Made by a program: the position numbers and the translations under genes
Part shown: positions 24,384 through 37,451 of the stretch, piece by piece
How the letters are laid out: the number at the start of each line of letters is the position of its first letter
How positions within the stretch are numbered: the stretch's first letter is position 1
The notes under the pieces: generated by a model
What the model was told of the DNA's origin: nothing
Database searches by the model: none
The model's input: the letters and a program-made list of their open reading frames with translations, nothing else
Assembly: GCA_028534125.1 (NCBI GenBank)
Contig: CM052818.1
Span: forward strand, 45,572,001-45,636,000
Reading direction: 5' to 3'
DNA from: Lama glama
Taxonomy: Eukaryota
Length of the DNA stretch: 64,000 bases

Positions 24384-26747
24384 TGGCTGTACTGGGAAGC
24401 CAGCAACTAGTCCCGGACAACACACAGAGGGAAGGAGTCAGAGAAACAGGGAACTCTTTACACAGCTTGAGGGTCCCTGGCCCAGAGAACCTGGAATTCT
24501 TTACCTGTGCTATACGTCCCCTCTCCCACCCCACTCCCACCAACAATGGCAAAAATAATACGCCAGCACATAAGCTTTGACTTTACAGCTAGCTCTGAGA
24601 ACAATCAGCCAGGCCATATTGTTTTTCGGTCAGCTAAGAGCATATCACCAAGAACACAGGCTAATAAAAGCAGCAATTCTTTATACCGTCTTTAGAAAGA
24701 AAGAAGAAAAAGCAATCCCCAGAGAATAAGAAATGCCAAAGTTCCGGCATAAAGGAAAGCCGTACCTTAGCATCTGTCTGAAGCCTGCTTCTACCTTTAT
24801 TTACCAGGAAGAAGCATGACACCCAAACAAATCAGAGCAGCCACCGATTGCGCCCCATCTCCCACCCCTGGAAGTGAGCCCGACTGCCCAGGCTGAGTCA
24901 CCAGGCATGGTATTGGCACCACATGACTGAAGGATTTTTAATAAAGCCTCACTCCTGCCACCGCCGCCCCACGATCCGGTGAGAGCTGAGCGAGGGGGAG
25001 AGGGCCCAGTCCCTCGGCTTTTCTGGACACCCACACGGAAATACAGAAAATTGCATGACATTGGTAATGACTGTCTTTAAACCCAAGTGATTGATTTTGA
25101 GAGATTCTCTCGTCCCTCTAAAAGTAGATTACAGCACAGCAAAGAGAAAGGACGGGAGTGACAGGGAAGGGTGGGGAGCTCTCATCAATTCTGTTTTCTG
25201 GAAACGTCTGTTAACTGCACAGGAAGAAAGCAGAGACCTGAGCATTCTACTGCTGGAGGGAAAACGGCGCTATGATGCACACATACGGCTGCTCAGAACC
25301 ATCATTCTGCCAACGTTCCCACGAGTCACCCTCAGCCCACGGGCAAGCACGCATCCAAATTCAATAAATGCTTTCCAAGCGCCTGAGGTGGGAGGGGACT
25401 GAGAGGTCTGGGCCCCCCTGTGTCCGAGGAAAAACCTGCAGATCTCTTTGTGCAGACCTCCCCCAAGTTCAGGGTCACTGTGGCTGCGTCAGGGAGCCTG
25501 AGAGATGCTCTGCGGAAGCGGAAGCTGGGGCATCTGACGTGGCAGCTCCCCAAACTCCAAGTCATGACCCTCACTGGGTCCCTTCCAGGATCCTTAGCGC
25601 ACACACGTTCACAGGCTCTCATGTCATGTGCCTTGCTAGTATAGTCTGGGTTGAAATATGCGCAACAACGTAAATCTGAAAAGAAATGCTCAGTGGTGGA
25701 AGAAACACTGCAGCCGCCTCCATTTCCGCCCACACGTGACCAACCAGACTTAACCGGGTCCTCCACATCCAGGTTTCATGAGACTGAGGGGGCCTGGAAC
25801 CCCTTTGTGCGCATGCGCAAACTCAGGCTCAGAAAGCATCACTCAGCCAATAAACAACAGAGCAGAGACCTCCCGGAACCCCAGGCTGCCTGGCCCCAGC
25901 CTCGGTCTTTCCTCTGGGAAATTCTACAAAGCAGGTTCTAACAACCATGAACCTTCAGAAAGATACAAGATGCTCTCACTGTCCACCGAGAAAGTTCTCT
26001 GCATCCATGGGAGAGAGCCTATTCATGACCTAGTGGTCTGCACACCGGTTGGACCCAGACCAACCGGTACACACTAGGTATACAATTTCCAAGTCTCAGG
26101 TGGCATGCTTGTAAAATGAGTTCTCCTCTTCTGTTCTTTCCTCAAAGAACAAAAATGACGCAAGGGGCTTCGGAAACACACGAGGCCTAGAAGTGCACTC
26201 ACCCCCTCCCTCCCTCAGGGCCTTCATCTATTTGCCTCTCTGCAGGTCATACGCTTAAATGGTTGCTCCTACCTGGTCAGCTGTGAGCCAGGTACAGGGG
26301 CAAATGAAGCTGTATCGTGAACCACTCATGCCCCAAAAAGGGGGGCCTGCTTGGGGGCCAACGGCAGGAAAAGTCACAGAGGGGCACATCCTTACAGTCA
26401 AATAGTGGTGGAAGAGAAAGCCACTTGGTTTACTTCTTGGTTCCTCTACTTTCTGTCCATGGCTTTCGGCTACTTATTTGGCTCTGGGCATCTGCGACAT
26501 TTTCATTTAAAAAGATGGCTTTGATCCCATGTGCCTCATGTGTTCCCGCTGAAACGAGATTCGGAGCGAGGCCTCACAACACAATTACAGAACCTGTACT
26601 TGAAATTCCAACATTTGACTGGATACTCAGGAGCTCACCAGAGAAACACGAGGGAGGCAACTTTAGTTAGTGCAGCCAGTGTGCTCCGGGTGTATCCCAG
26701 GTGCTGCGAGAGGCCAGTAAGGCCTGTGGGCTGTGTCAGAGCTCGCC

Positions 26748-26811
26748 GCACACACGCACAAACGCACACACACGCACACGCGCGCACACACGCGCACACG
26801 CACACACGCAC
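26748..26811. repeat. (CA/CG)n alternating purine-pyrimidine tract
   Basis: gcacacacgcacaaacgcacacacacgcacacgcgcgcac... Confidence 0.9.
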
Positions 26812-26879
26812 TAGCACTGGCTACTTCCTCAGCCCGAGGGGCAACAGGGAGTGACAGTTACGCGAGCTTCCCAGCAAGG

Positions 26880-27018
26880 GGATAAACCGCTCTAAAGCGG
26901 GACTGCAGTGACGGCTGCGCAACTCTGTAAGCTTACTGAAAAGTATCGAGCAGTACACTTTAAATGGGTACACTTTATGATATGTAAATTATACCACAAT
27001 AAAGCTGTTAGTTAAAAA
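26880..27018 (+). mobile_element. Old L1 3' terminus
   Basis: gtacactttaaatgggt...tatgtaaattataccacaataaagctgtt. Confidence 0.75.
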
Positions 27019-30000
27019 GTTTTTTTACAGATTGAGTAGTTTAGTGAATTAAGTCTGGGTGGGAGAGCAGACAGACGCTGTGCCCACCGGCCTGGTCTCA
27101 CCCTCCAGCCGCTCCACGCCCCCGCCTCCCTCCAGAGGCCCGCAGCCCCTCCCAGGCCGGCTTAGAAGCTTAGACATGCTTCTCCTGGAGGCCAGCTCTA
27201 GCCCAGGCGGCTCTAGCCCAGGGTGAGAGCTGCCCTCCTGGGCAGGTGTCAACTTGTTTGATGGTTTCCCCACCACCAGCCCAAGACCAAGCTCGAGGGG
27301 GCGGGGATGAAGCCTGTGTCCAGCATTAAGGGCCCAGCTTGGAGCAAGGCCACAGCAGGTGTTCCAGAAGAACTTACTGAGGAAGAGAATGAACCAGCGG
27401 GTGGCGGGGGTGGAAAGGGAGATGACGAAATCTGTTTTAAACACTGACCTGACAACAGGATGACAGCAGAGAAGGAACTGGAAGCCAAGCTCTAGGCTAA
27501 GGGACGGGGCTTTGCTGGGCGTCGGGAAGAGGTGGCGTGGAGATAAGGAGGAATACCAGGGCCACAGAGGACTGATGGAGAAAGAAGGAGGAAGGGCCAG
27601 AAACCCTGTGAGGTGGAGGGGGCTCTCTGGGCTCTGCTTTGATGTGTAGTGATGCGGAGCCCACACAACGAACTGCACTGGGTCTGAGCTGTGGGAGAGC
27701 CACTGCCGTCACACAGACGTGAGAGCAGGTGCCTGACCAAGGGGAGGTCTCCCTTGCTGAAGGGGACACAGAGCAAGGGAAGACTTCGGCTAGGGCAACA
27801 GGGTATTCTGGCAATCGGTGAGGACTTCTGAGAGGGGAATTACACACCTTCAAAAGCTTTTTTCCTGTCTTCAGGATCATGGCTGCTTTATCCAAGGAAT
27901 AAGAATTGAACAATCCTGAATGTTTCTTAGCCAAGGGTCAGAGATCCATCACTAGGTCCTCCAAGAAGACTTCTCATCTAATGAGGCAGATGGGGCTGAT
28001 GCCGGAACCCCCACCCCAGTCTCCTGGCTTCCTGCCAATCTGGGCTGTACATCAAACTCTAAAAAGAAACAAACACCCAGAAAACACAGCCGCTGGATTA
28101 GCAAACGCAGGGGGTGCACTGGGCTTACTGAAAAAAAAAAAAAAAAAGAAACGGTAAAAGAAAGCATCTTTGCTGCCCTGATGCAGGCAGGGGAAGGTGC
28201 CTGAGGTCTCTCAGAAAGTGTCTTTAGTTAATCACGCCTCATAAACACAAAGATATGCAGACCTGCCTCTAACATTCAATTTTACTTGAAACAACATGAC
28301 CAAGATAGGGCTCTCTTAAAGGATTTACTGTGCTTTTCAGGAGATTTTTTTTAATTCTCTAGACTTGCACCTTGCTCAGTGCCTAAGAAGTGTTCCACTT
28401 GACAAACTGTATTGATTACCTGAAGTTACATTAAACCCACACCATTATATTCCAGCGGATTTTTTTTTGGTAGAAAGTGATTTGAAACATCCTTTTCTGT
28501 GGGGCAAGTGGCATCAAGAGCCCCGAAGCCCGCTCTGCTATCTCCATATACAGTTACTCTCCGCCATCCCTTAATTAGAAATTCAACTCAAAGGGAAGAG
28601 GACAAGAGTGAGAAGCAGAGATGCACAGCCTTGCGTGTGGGCATGAACACGTGGAAGAAACCCAGTGAGAATGTGGGAGAACGGTAAGTATCAGAGCAGA
28701 GCATAATTAGAGTCTACAAGTGCCCTCTACCCCAAGCACAATGACATCAGGACTGACAAACTAGCAAAATACACATAATCCCCCATCAAGCCTGGGCTGG
28801 CAACTCATACGATGGAAGCATTATCTCAAGCAAACAAGCATGGTTTAGGGCTTGCTGGAGTGCTAAATTCTCACACAAACCCAATCCCCAACCTAGATAA
28901 AATTTCAGCTGCCAAGGAGCTTACTTTTTGGTGCCAAAAAATTCTGGGGCTCCTTATTACTATCCTGGATGATCAGACCTTGGCACGTCACCACTTACAA
29001 GTGGCAACGCATGGTCTTAGAATTAAGTTTTGGGGGGAAGGCCTGTTGAGTTGTAGGAGACAGACTACCTCGATGCACAAACACCCACCTTGGTATTTTA
29101 TGTGAATGGTGACCCTTGGAACTGTGCATGCGGATCCCTGACGGAAGGAGGTGTGAGCCCCGGATGATGGCACTACCTCTTCCCCAGATGACACTCCACA
29201 GCAGCTCTAGGTAGAAATGGGGCTTGGTGAGTACGAGGCCCCGACTGGGGAGTGTGGGCCAAGGAGAGCCCACTCCTCGCTCATCTGTCGCTTGTATCCC
29301 TAATTCTGCACAGCCCTGTGGCCAGAAAGGGACATGAGGATAAATTCTAGAGGAATTTGTCCAAGCTTTTTATTTCTCTTAGGGTCTCTCTTTCTCGAAG
29401 GGCTCGCTGGAAATGAATGGGTTAGTGGCTACAGTTGGGGCAAATCTCTGTTCTCCTGGGATTTTGACTTATTCTTATTCTTGGCATCTGATTCCCAAAG
29501 CCAAGTTTCCCAAGTTACTGTCGAACGTTGACGTCTATTTTCCACGTTACAAAATCAGAACCCAAAGGGAGCAGGCAACGCTGGAATGTGGCATCACGTC
29601 CCATGGCAAGCGGGAGGCAGAGCCCCTGGCCCTTCCCTCTGGCACATTATCCAATAAAACCTCAAGAGTTTGGTAATTACAGGCGCTTTCAAAAGTGAAA
29701 CATAAATCGATCTTGGGCCGAAACATTGGTTTCCTTGAGACAAAGGGCTGGTTTTAACTAGGGGGATAAAACAGCTTTTGGTCTGTCTTCTCAGCAGAGA
29801 AAGCCAGACTGATTTTTTTTAATATCATTATTGAATCTGATTACGGGGAAGAGAATAGGATTCAGATCAAAAGCCTTTATTCCTCTGGAATATAAAATCA
29901 TTTTATGAAACAGGAAAAGCAGGTTGCATTCTAAATGTGCCCCTGACACCAAATCAGGATGACAACTTAGCTTATTCGGCTCCCCTGCCATCACTGTTGA

Positions 30001-30569
30001 GATCTCAGGGCTTTGGTCCTGGCTGAAGACAAACCAAAGGATCCAAACCAGAGGTTTCTCTGCTCCTGTGTCATCAAAGCCTGCACAGGATTCCAGCTTC
30101 CTTGAGAATACCCACCTGGAACACCTCATACTTGGAAAGGCACCCCAGACCCAGACGCAGCCCCGCAATGTTCCTAACATCCCTGTCCATTCCATGCCAG
30201 AGCTTCATTTTGAGAACCTCATGTACCATGAGGTCAGCTGCTCCTTTGGTGAAGGTTCCTCTCACCTCCCCCACCCCGCCCCAGCCCCCACACCCCAGCC
30301 CCGGAAATGGGAAGAGTCCCAAGAGGAAGAAATCAGCGAGGGAGGGAAGGAATCACTAGCTGTGGCAGACGGCAGCAGGGCAGCCCTGGCCAGCTGGCCC
30401 TGCTGGGTCTGAGCAAGCGCTATGGTGCAGCTGGCAGGAACTCTGCCTGAGAGTGAATCGTGGTTAGAGCTGTGTGCACATTCACTGCAGTTCAATGAGT
30501 AGTAGGTTTGAAATTAAATATTTTAAAAATTAAGGTGTGGGACTAGTCTCCTGCTGTAAGGCTAATCAA

Positions 30570-32800
30570 GGGGCTGGAGGATGACTGTGGAGGCGGGGGT
30601 CGGAGGGGAGGGTGTTCAATCTCAAGGCCCAAGGCAGGACGTGCTATCCTAGCAAACATGCTCCTAGCGGGTAATCGGTGGTGGCCGTGAAGAAAAGGGG
30701 GCAGCCTTCAGCGTGACCAGGTCCGGCGGGGTGCCCTGGGAGCCCGGGGTTCGTCTCTGTGGGGAGTGTCACTTTCACACCGTGGCTCTCAGCAGAGCTG
30801 CACACCCCGGGGACTAGGCACTTGTTGAACAAAAGGGCTCCCGCCTCTCGCAGCCTCTGCCTTCGGCCAGGAGAGGGACCCTGGCTCGGGCGCGGGAGCC
30901 TTCAGGGCTGGAGCAGGGCCGGCGCCCCGCGCTGCGCGCTCCTACACATTCGTGGCGGCGCCGCCCGGGAGGTGCCGCGGAGAGGAGACGCACTCGGCAG
31001 CCTAAACTTTCTCGAATCTCGGTGCTTCGCGGTTAAGTTAGGGCGGTGAGAGAAACACAAAACACGCGCGAGGGGCGAGGGTGTGGTGTGGTGTGGCGCA
31101 AGAGTTCCGCCCACGATAAAGGAAAAAAAACATTTTAAAAAACAAAGACGCTAATCCAATTAACATAACACCTACTATGCGCCAGGCACTGGGCCCAGAG
31201 CTATCTTTAGTGGTTCTCATTTTTAACTGTCACGACAGACCCCGAGGGAGGAACTGTCCCCATCTGATAGAGAGGAAAACCGCGGCCCGGGAAGGTGGCG
31301 TGTCGGGTCCAGGTCGCAGTGCGGGTCACGGCGATGCCAAGGCTCCTAACTCCGCAGCAGGGCTCTGTCTGTCGCCCCTCGGCCTGGGGAAGAGGGAGCA
31401 GATGGCTGCCGCGCGGGCCCCCTCCCCTGGCCAGAGCGCACAGGAGACTCACTTGGGCCGCACTGACCTGTCTCCCGGAGGGGCTACCCCGAGCTGCCCC
31501 CGAAACCCGAGCTAGCCCTCTCGGATCCCAGCTGTCCTCCCAGGCTCTGGAGCTCCGCACTGCGCCGGCCGGCTGGGACATGGGGCTCCGCGCTCAGGGC
31601 TGGACCGCCCACGCCCACCCTGCCACCCGCACCCCAAGCAGAGCCGTTCACACACAACACCCTCCCCTTATCAGTCCCCACCAGCAACTGCGCCCCGACA
31701 CACAATTCCACAAACGCAACCCAAAATGTGTACATTCAACTGCACACACGGATCCCCACGAGGACACGCCATTCCAGAGACATACCACGTACTCGGTCAC
31801 TCACAACTCCATCGCGCAGGGAAACACAGTAACCCCCTCAACACACACGCACATACACACGCAGAGAGCCCGATCGCAGCGCACGCCGGTGCACAAGCCC
31901 AGTAGCCCGCCCCTTCCCTACCTGCTCCGGAGCAGGACGCGATCCGCCGGCTCCCCGAGCCCAAGTTCCGCGCCGCCGGCGCTGGGGCGAGCGCGGGCCG
32001 CTGCCAGGGACTAGCGCGTCGAGTCCGGGAAGGGTGGCTAGGAGCGCGGGCCTCCGTGCGCCCGCAGCCGCCGCGCCGGCCCTGTGCTCATCGCCTCCCA
32101 GAAAGACAAAAGGAAGCCGTCAGTGAGGGAGGGAGCGAGGTGGAGGCGCCCGCCTGTCCGCTGGTCCGCCAGTCCGCCGCCTGCAGTCGCCGCGGCCCGC
32201 CTGCCAGCCGGGGGAAGGAAGGGACGCGAAGGCGGGGCCCGGAGGCGGGGACTGGAGGCGGGGTGCACCGCCGGGGCGGGCGCTTACATTTCCTGTGGAC
32301 CCGCCCCCGCGTCGACCACGCCCCCAAATTTAGCTCCGCCTGTAGACCCCCCCGCTCCGGCCACGCCCCCATACCTAACCACGCCCCTTTCTGGCTCTCA
32401 CCGCGCCCGGCATCGGCAGTCTCCACCCTGGCTCCTGGCTCCTCTCTCGCGCCTCTCCGCCCAGCGGAGGCCTAGACCCGGTCCCTGCCCCGAGGGGATT
32501 TCGGGGCAGGGGCGGCGCCAAGCACCAACGGTTCCGCCTCTTCTAACCTTTGGCCTCTGGTCTGAGGGTGTGGGAGAGGCCTGGAGGCGGTGCCCGGGAA
32601 GGTCCGGCCCCGCACCCTCTTCCCCGCCTCCCGAGTCCTCTGCAGGAAGTGCAGCCCGGGTGGCCCAGAAGAGGAAGAGGCCGGAGTCGCCCCAGGCCGC
32701 CTGCTAAGCCCCTCTGATGTCTGTACGGCCCGTCCCATGAGCAGATCTCACCAGCCTTCCTGCACCTCGTTCAGGAGAGGAGCCCGGGCCGAAAGGAGGG
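30570..32800. promoter_or_regulatory. CpG island promoter of a minus-strand gene
   Basis: Very high GC and CpG density versus flanks; several GC boxes (GGGCGG/GGCGGGG) at 32230-32310; three CCACGCCC (KLF/SP) motifs at 32316, 32361 and 32379; ETS-like ACAGGAAATGT on minus strand at 32286-32296; no TATA box seen. Confidence 0.9.
31922..32200 (-). other. Probable non-coding first exon (5'UTR) of a spliced gene; TSS approximate
   Basis: Splice donor CAG|gtaggg on minus strand (intron starts at 31921) directly downstream of the GC-box cluster; no long ATG ORF, only a 17-aa uORF. Confidence 0.7.
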
Positions 32801-33721
32801 CGGCTTGGGTTCCACCTCTGGTGGCTCTTTCTAACTCTAGGCCATTTTGACAAATCCCTTAGCCTCTCTTGGCCTCAGTTTCCCCACCTGTATAATGGAT
32901 GGGAGGAGGAACGGGCTTCTTTGGGCCCTTCCCTCCATAACGTGCCGTGGGAGTTTAGTCTCTGCTGAGGAAGGGACTTTGTTGACATCTCAGTCCCTGG
33001 GAACCGTGTCCTGGGTCTCAGCGGGAGGCGGGCCAGTGTATCCTGCCGACTTCTTTCAGTCCCCCTGTGATGGCACTTGCATGGGCAGCTAGCAGACAAG
33101 ACTCGGTCTGTGCTTCCCAGGGCCCCTGCCAGCAGCCCCAGAAAATCTGGGTCCTAGAAGAGCAAATATGTACACACCCCCACCACTACCATCACCACCC
33201 ACCCCAAACATCCTCGAAGAAAGGTAACCACAGAAACAGCCACAAATGTGGAGCTGGGCGTTAGTGTTAGGCTGCGACAAACTGTCTTTCTAGCGTCTCC
33301 AGGGGAAAACTCAAATCCTCCATCAAATCCTCCTCCACAAAAGCAGTGAGTGAACTCCCACTACACAGGATGCTGCAGAGAGAATGGAGGTGGGCGGCTT
33401 TGGGGGGAGTTGGCTGGGGGCTGGCAGGCAAGGTGGTCTGAGCCCAGACCCCTCCCTCAGGCAAGTGACAAAACTAAACCCAGAAGGAGTTAGTCTCCTC
33501 GGCAGCCCTGCATCAAGTGTTAAATGTTCCAATGACTGTGAGCAAGACAGGACCGGGTTGGTGTGATGTCATATGGACCAGCTCTGGTACCCAGGGGTTC
33601 CATCTTTCCTTCTCAGCAGAGACAGTAGCCAAGGTCATTACACAGGCATCTGGTAGCATTTCCATGTAGAGGGTTGTGGTACAGGTGAGGTGCCCTCAGT
33701 GAGAAGCCCAGCCCAGGCCTA

Positions 33722-34146
33722 TCAGCCTGGGTTAGTCAGGGCAGATTATGGTCTGCTGTGGTCACACTTAACAATCCCACTCTGCACTCAGGGTGCAGTT
33801 CAATGCAGGTCGGAGGGTATAGGGAGGACTCCGTACAGGCATTCAGGAACCCCAGCCTCTTCCACCTAGAGATTCCACCACCCTCCTTTCAGGGCCTCTG
33901 AAGCTTCCACTGCCCACCCCACCCCCACTACCAGCCAGAAAGGAGAGAGGAAGGGAGCGCCAGCTGGGGGTCTCAGGGGTCCTAGGAGCCAGGGCAGCGT
34001 GAGACACACATCACATCCGCCACATTCACTGACCAGCATATAGCCCCAGGGTCCCACCTGAATGCAAGGGGTCTGGGAATTAGTCTTCCTGTGTGCTCAG
34101 GAGAAAACAGTCACTTTGGTAAGCTCATGGCAAAGTCTCTGCTACA
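33722..34146 (-). mobile_element. Old MLT1-like LTR
   Basis: cccacctgaatgcaaggggtctgggaattagtc...gtctctgctaca. Confidence 0.55.
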
Positions 34147-34761
34147 AAATCAGAGTATTTCTCTGAAGCTCCGTCACAGGGCCACAGATGTCCACAAAAG
34201 CACAAGAGTCACTGTCATCAAGGGCTGAGCTATGACCAGCCATGTTCACATGGAAAACCGGCTCAGAAGAGGCTCACGGAGCAGGTGACAATCTTGCTAA
34301 GCCTGGAAAGATAAGGAGGAGGGGACAGCATGGTAGACACTGGGGAGAGGCGGAGTGGAGGACTGGAAAGCCTGGGAAAGCACAAAAGCCAAGGGGGCGG
34401 GTCCCCCGGCCCCACCTCTCCTGTGGACCTCCTGCCTTTGCCTGGGCTCTTCTCTCACCCAGCATCGCTTCCCCTGTCTGCCCACCAATCTGGAACCTTC
34501 CTGTCCCTCCAGGCTCAGTTCAGCTCCTGCTGGCCCTCCATCCCTCAGCTCAGGTAGACTTCTTCCATCTCTGAACTTCTAAGGAAGGCATGTTCTCCCT
34601 GAGGTGAGATACAACCTGGAACCTTCCTTTCTGTGTCTGCTGCTCCCTCAGTACTCCTTATGCAGCTTAGTGGGGGGAGAGCACATAGGAGTCACTCAAC
34701 AAATACTTGCGGATTTAATAAACTCAAGCATGTAACGTAAGAAAGCAAATCTAGGGTAAGC

Positions 34762-35197
34762 TGTGACATTAGTGTCCTGGAGCTGCCGTAACAAAATGCC
34801 ACAAACTGGGGTGCTTAAAAGACAGATATTTATTGTCTCAGAGTTCTGGACGCTGAGTGTCCAAGATCAAGGTGTCAGCAGAGCTGGTTCTTTCTGAGGG
34901 CTAAGAGGGAGAATCTGATTCAGGCTGCTCCCCCAACTTCTGTAGCCTTGGTGGTTTCTTGGCTTTTAGGTGGCTGTCTTCTCCCTGTATCTTCACCTCA
35001 TCTTCCCTCTGTGTGTATCTGTCTCTGTGTCCAAATTTTCCCTTTTTATAAGGATACCAGTCACATTGGATTAGAGCTCATCCTAATGACCTCACTTTAT
35101 CAGCCACTAAGACCTTATTTCTAAATAACATCATCTTCACAGGTGTCAGGGGCTAGGACTTCAAAGTTTTTATGGGGGAACAATTCAACACCTCACA
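34762..35197 (-). mobile_element. MLT1A-C-like MaLR LTR
   Basis: gctgccgtaacaaaatgccacaaactggggtgcttaaa...ccaagatcaaggtgtcagcag...acaattcaacacctcaca. Confidence 0.85.
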
Positions 35198-37451
35198 GGT
35201 GCCATACAGTTTGCCTTCCATATGATGGCTGTAAACACTTAAAGGCAGGAATGACTGATTATTCTTGATAATATCTGACTTAGTTTTATGATGTTTTTGA
35301 AACACTTTTACATATGTTATTGCTAACATTCTTGAGATTATTTCCACATTTTACAGATGAGGACACCTCTGCTTAAAGAAATGCAATGTCCAAGTTTGCA
35401 CAATAGAATCAGTGACAGCCAGGTTTAAAGCCAGACTCAATGTCACTATGCTGGGTCCACACAGGCACTGGAAAAAATACTGCTTAAAAAGACAAACAAA
35501 CAAACAAACAATGATTTGTAGTATTGTGATGAACTTGAGTGAGTACCCTACTAGGGAGGTCCTTCAAAGAAATGAGGTTCTGCCTCACAAACTTCTGCTC
35601 TTGAATGTTTGAGGAAGTGGAGGCCAGTTTGTCTCCACGTCCTCTTTAGTTCTCTCACTGTTTTATTTGCAATTACAGTGTGGCTGCCAGGAATAGAATG
35701 GGCGATGCTCCCTTAGACCCGAGATGGATCCTCAGACTGCCCGCCCTCCTCCTGACCCCAGAAGCTCAAGGCCGAGGAAACAAGCGGAAAACTCACTGAC
35801 AGCACCAGCAGTAAGAATCACTGGCTCCTGCTCCTGGCAGTAGATGATCAGGGGTGGGGACAGTGAATTACTAGGCCATCTTGCTTATCCCTGAGGTCCA
35901 GAGTGTTTGTGACGGCCCCTGAAGCAGAGGCTGTCACCCAGAGAATGTGACTCAGGGCACATTCTGATGGATTCCCCTTTCCCCTGCATCCTTACAAGCT
36001 CCAGGGGATCAAGACAAACTAGAGTGTCCCTCCTCCTAGAGAAACCGCCCTGCTATGGACTGAATTGTTCCCTGAGCAGTGCATTGCCCTCTGGCCCCTG
36101 CTCCCTGACCCTTCTGCAAGCCTGGCTTCCAGGGAGCAGGGCGAGGGTGTGGCAGGGATCCTGGCTGCCGGTGAGGGCTCAGGAGCCCGGCGCCTAGCCC
36201 ATCATCACCAAAGCTTCCCGCTCTGAGGTGCAGAGGAAATTGGGCAGGATTCCAGGTCAGGCAGACCTGGAGGCAACTTCCAGCTCCTGCAGTCACTCGC
36301 ATCAGGACTGTGGAGAGGTCCCTGAAACTCACTGTACCTCTTAACCTACTTCATGGGGTGGTGGAGATGCTTAACTGAGCAACACTGGGTGTTCTCAAAA
36401 AAAAAAATTAAGTTTTCCCTCATTCACTCCTCCCTCTTCCTTCTCTCTCCTTTAGCAAGCCTAGAACATTCTCTTCAGCAACACTACCAGACCCCTAATC
36501 CAGGGTTCTAATTTCCTAATCTGTAAAGTGTGGATATTAATATCTCCCTTGGACTAAAAGAGGCCATGTATGTACAGGGCCCATAGTATGGGAGAGACTC
36601 AGTAAAAGGTCAGTATGTCACCTTCATCGGCCTCCTCCACATCATGGGAGGCTGGCTGACTCAGTACCAACACAGAAAGAAACCCACCCCGGTGAGTCTG
36701 CCAGGAGACCTGGGTTCCAGTCCTGGCTCTGACATATTTTAGCTGTGCCACCTGATCAAGACACCTGCCCTCTCTGAGCTCCTTTCCTCACAGGTGCTCT
36801 GCCCTCAAGTTGTTGCAGGGAGAGGGGGTCAAATGCCCCAGAAAATAGGAAATGGCTTTGTTCCCTGTTGCCATGCAGGCTGGGGACTTTGGAGTGTTGA
36901 TCTTGAAGCCGTTGCTCCACAAGGAGAGGTGGGAGGTTTGCACCAGGGCCCCCAGGGCAGATGCTCGTCATTGGTTTGCAGAGCGGAATGGAAGAGGGCT
37001 GTATCCGTGCGCTAGATGACCCACGGATAACGGGGTTACCCCGTGCTGGAGGGGGCACCAGGGCAGCAGCCACTGGTAAGGCCGAAGCCCCAGCCCAGGG
37101 CTCTGCCCACCCGGCCTAACACCTTTCCCATGTCAGTGAAGGATGCGGGAGCAGCCCAGAGTCTGTTTGGCTGCATAGCGCTCCCTAGAAAGCACAAAAC
37201 CCAAAGCCAAACAAACAGCGGCTTGGACCTCTGTTTCAAACCAGTTCGAACCAGAAAAGGCTGCTTGCTTTTCCAGCTCGGCTCCCAGTGGATTCTTTAC
37301 TGGGAAATAGAGTTCCTGGTGCCTGGGAAATTGGTACATGCCCTGAGCAGGACGATCTGCGAGTGTCTGCCTGAAACAGTTCGACAACTAACCTAGGGTG
37401 GAATGACACCCCCGCAGCCCGGCGCGTCTCTCATTTCTTCTTCCCCCCCAA

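Noticed and set aside
31295..32707. Overlapping 200+ aa ORFs in the CpG island
   Set aside because: Stop codons are depleted by extreme GC content; typical Arg/Pro/Ala junk translations
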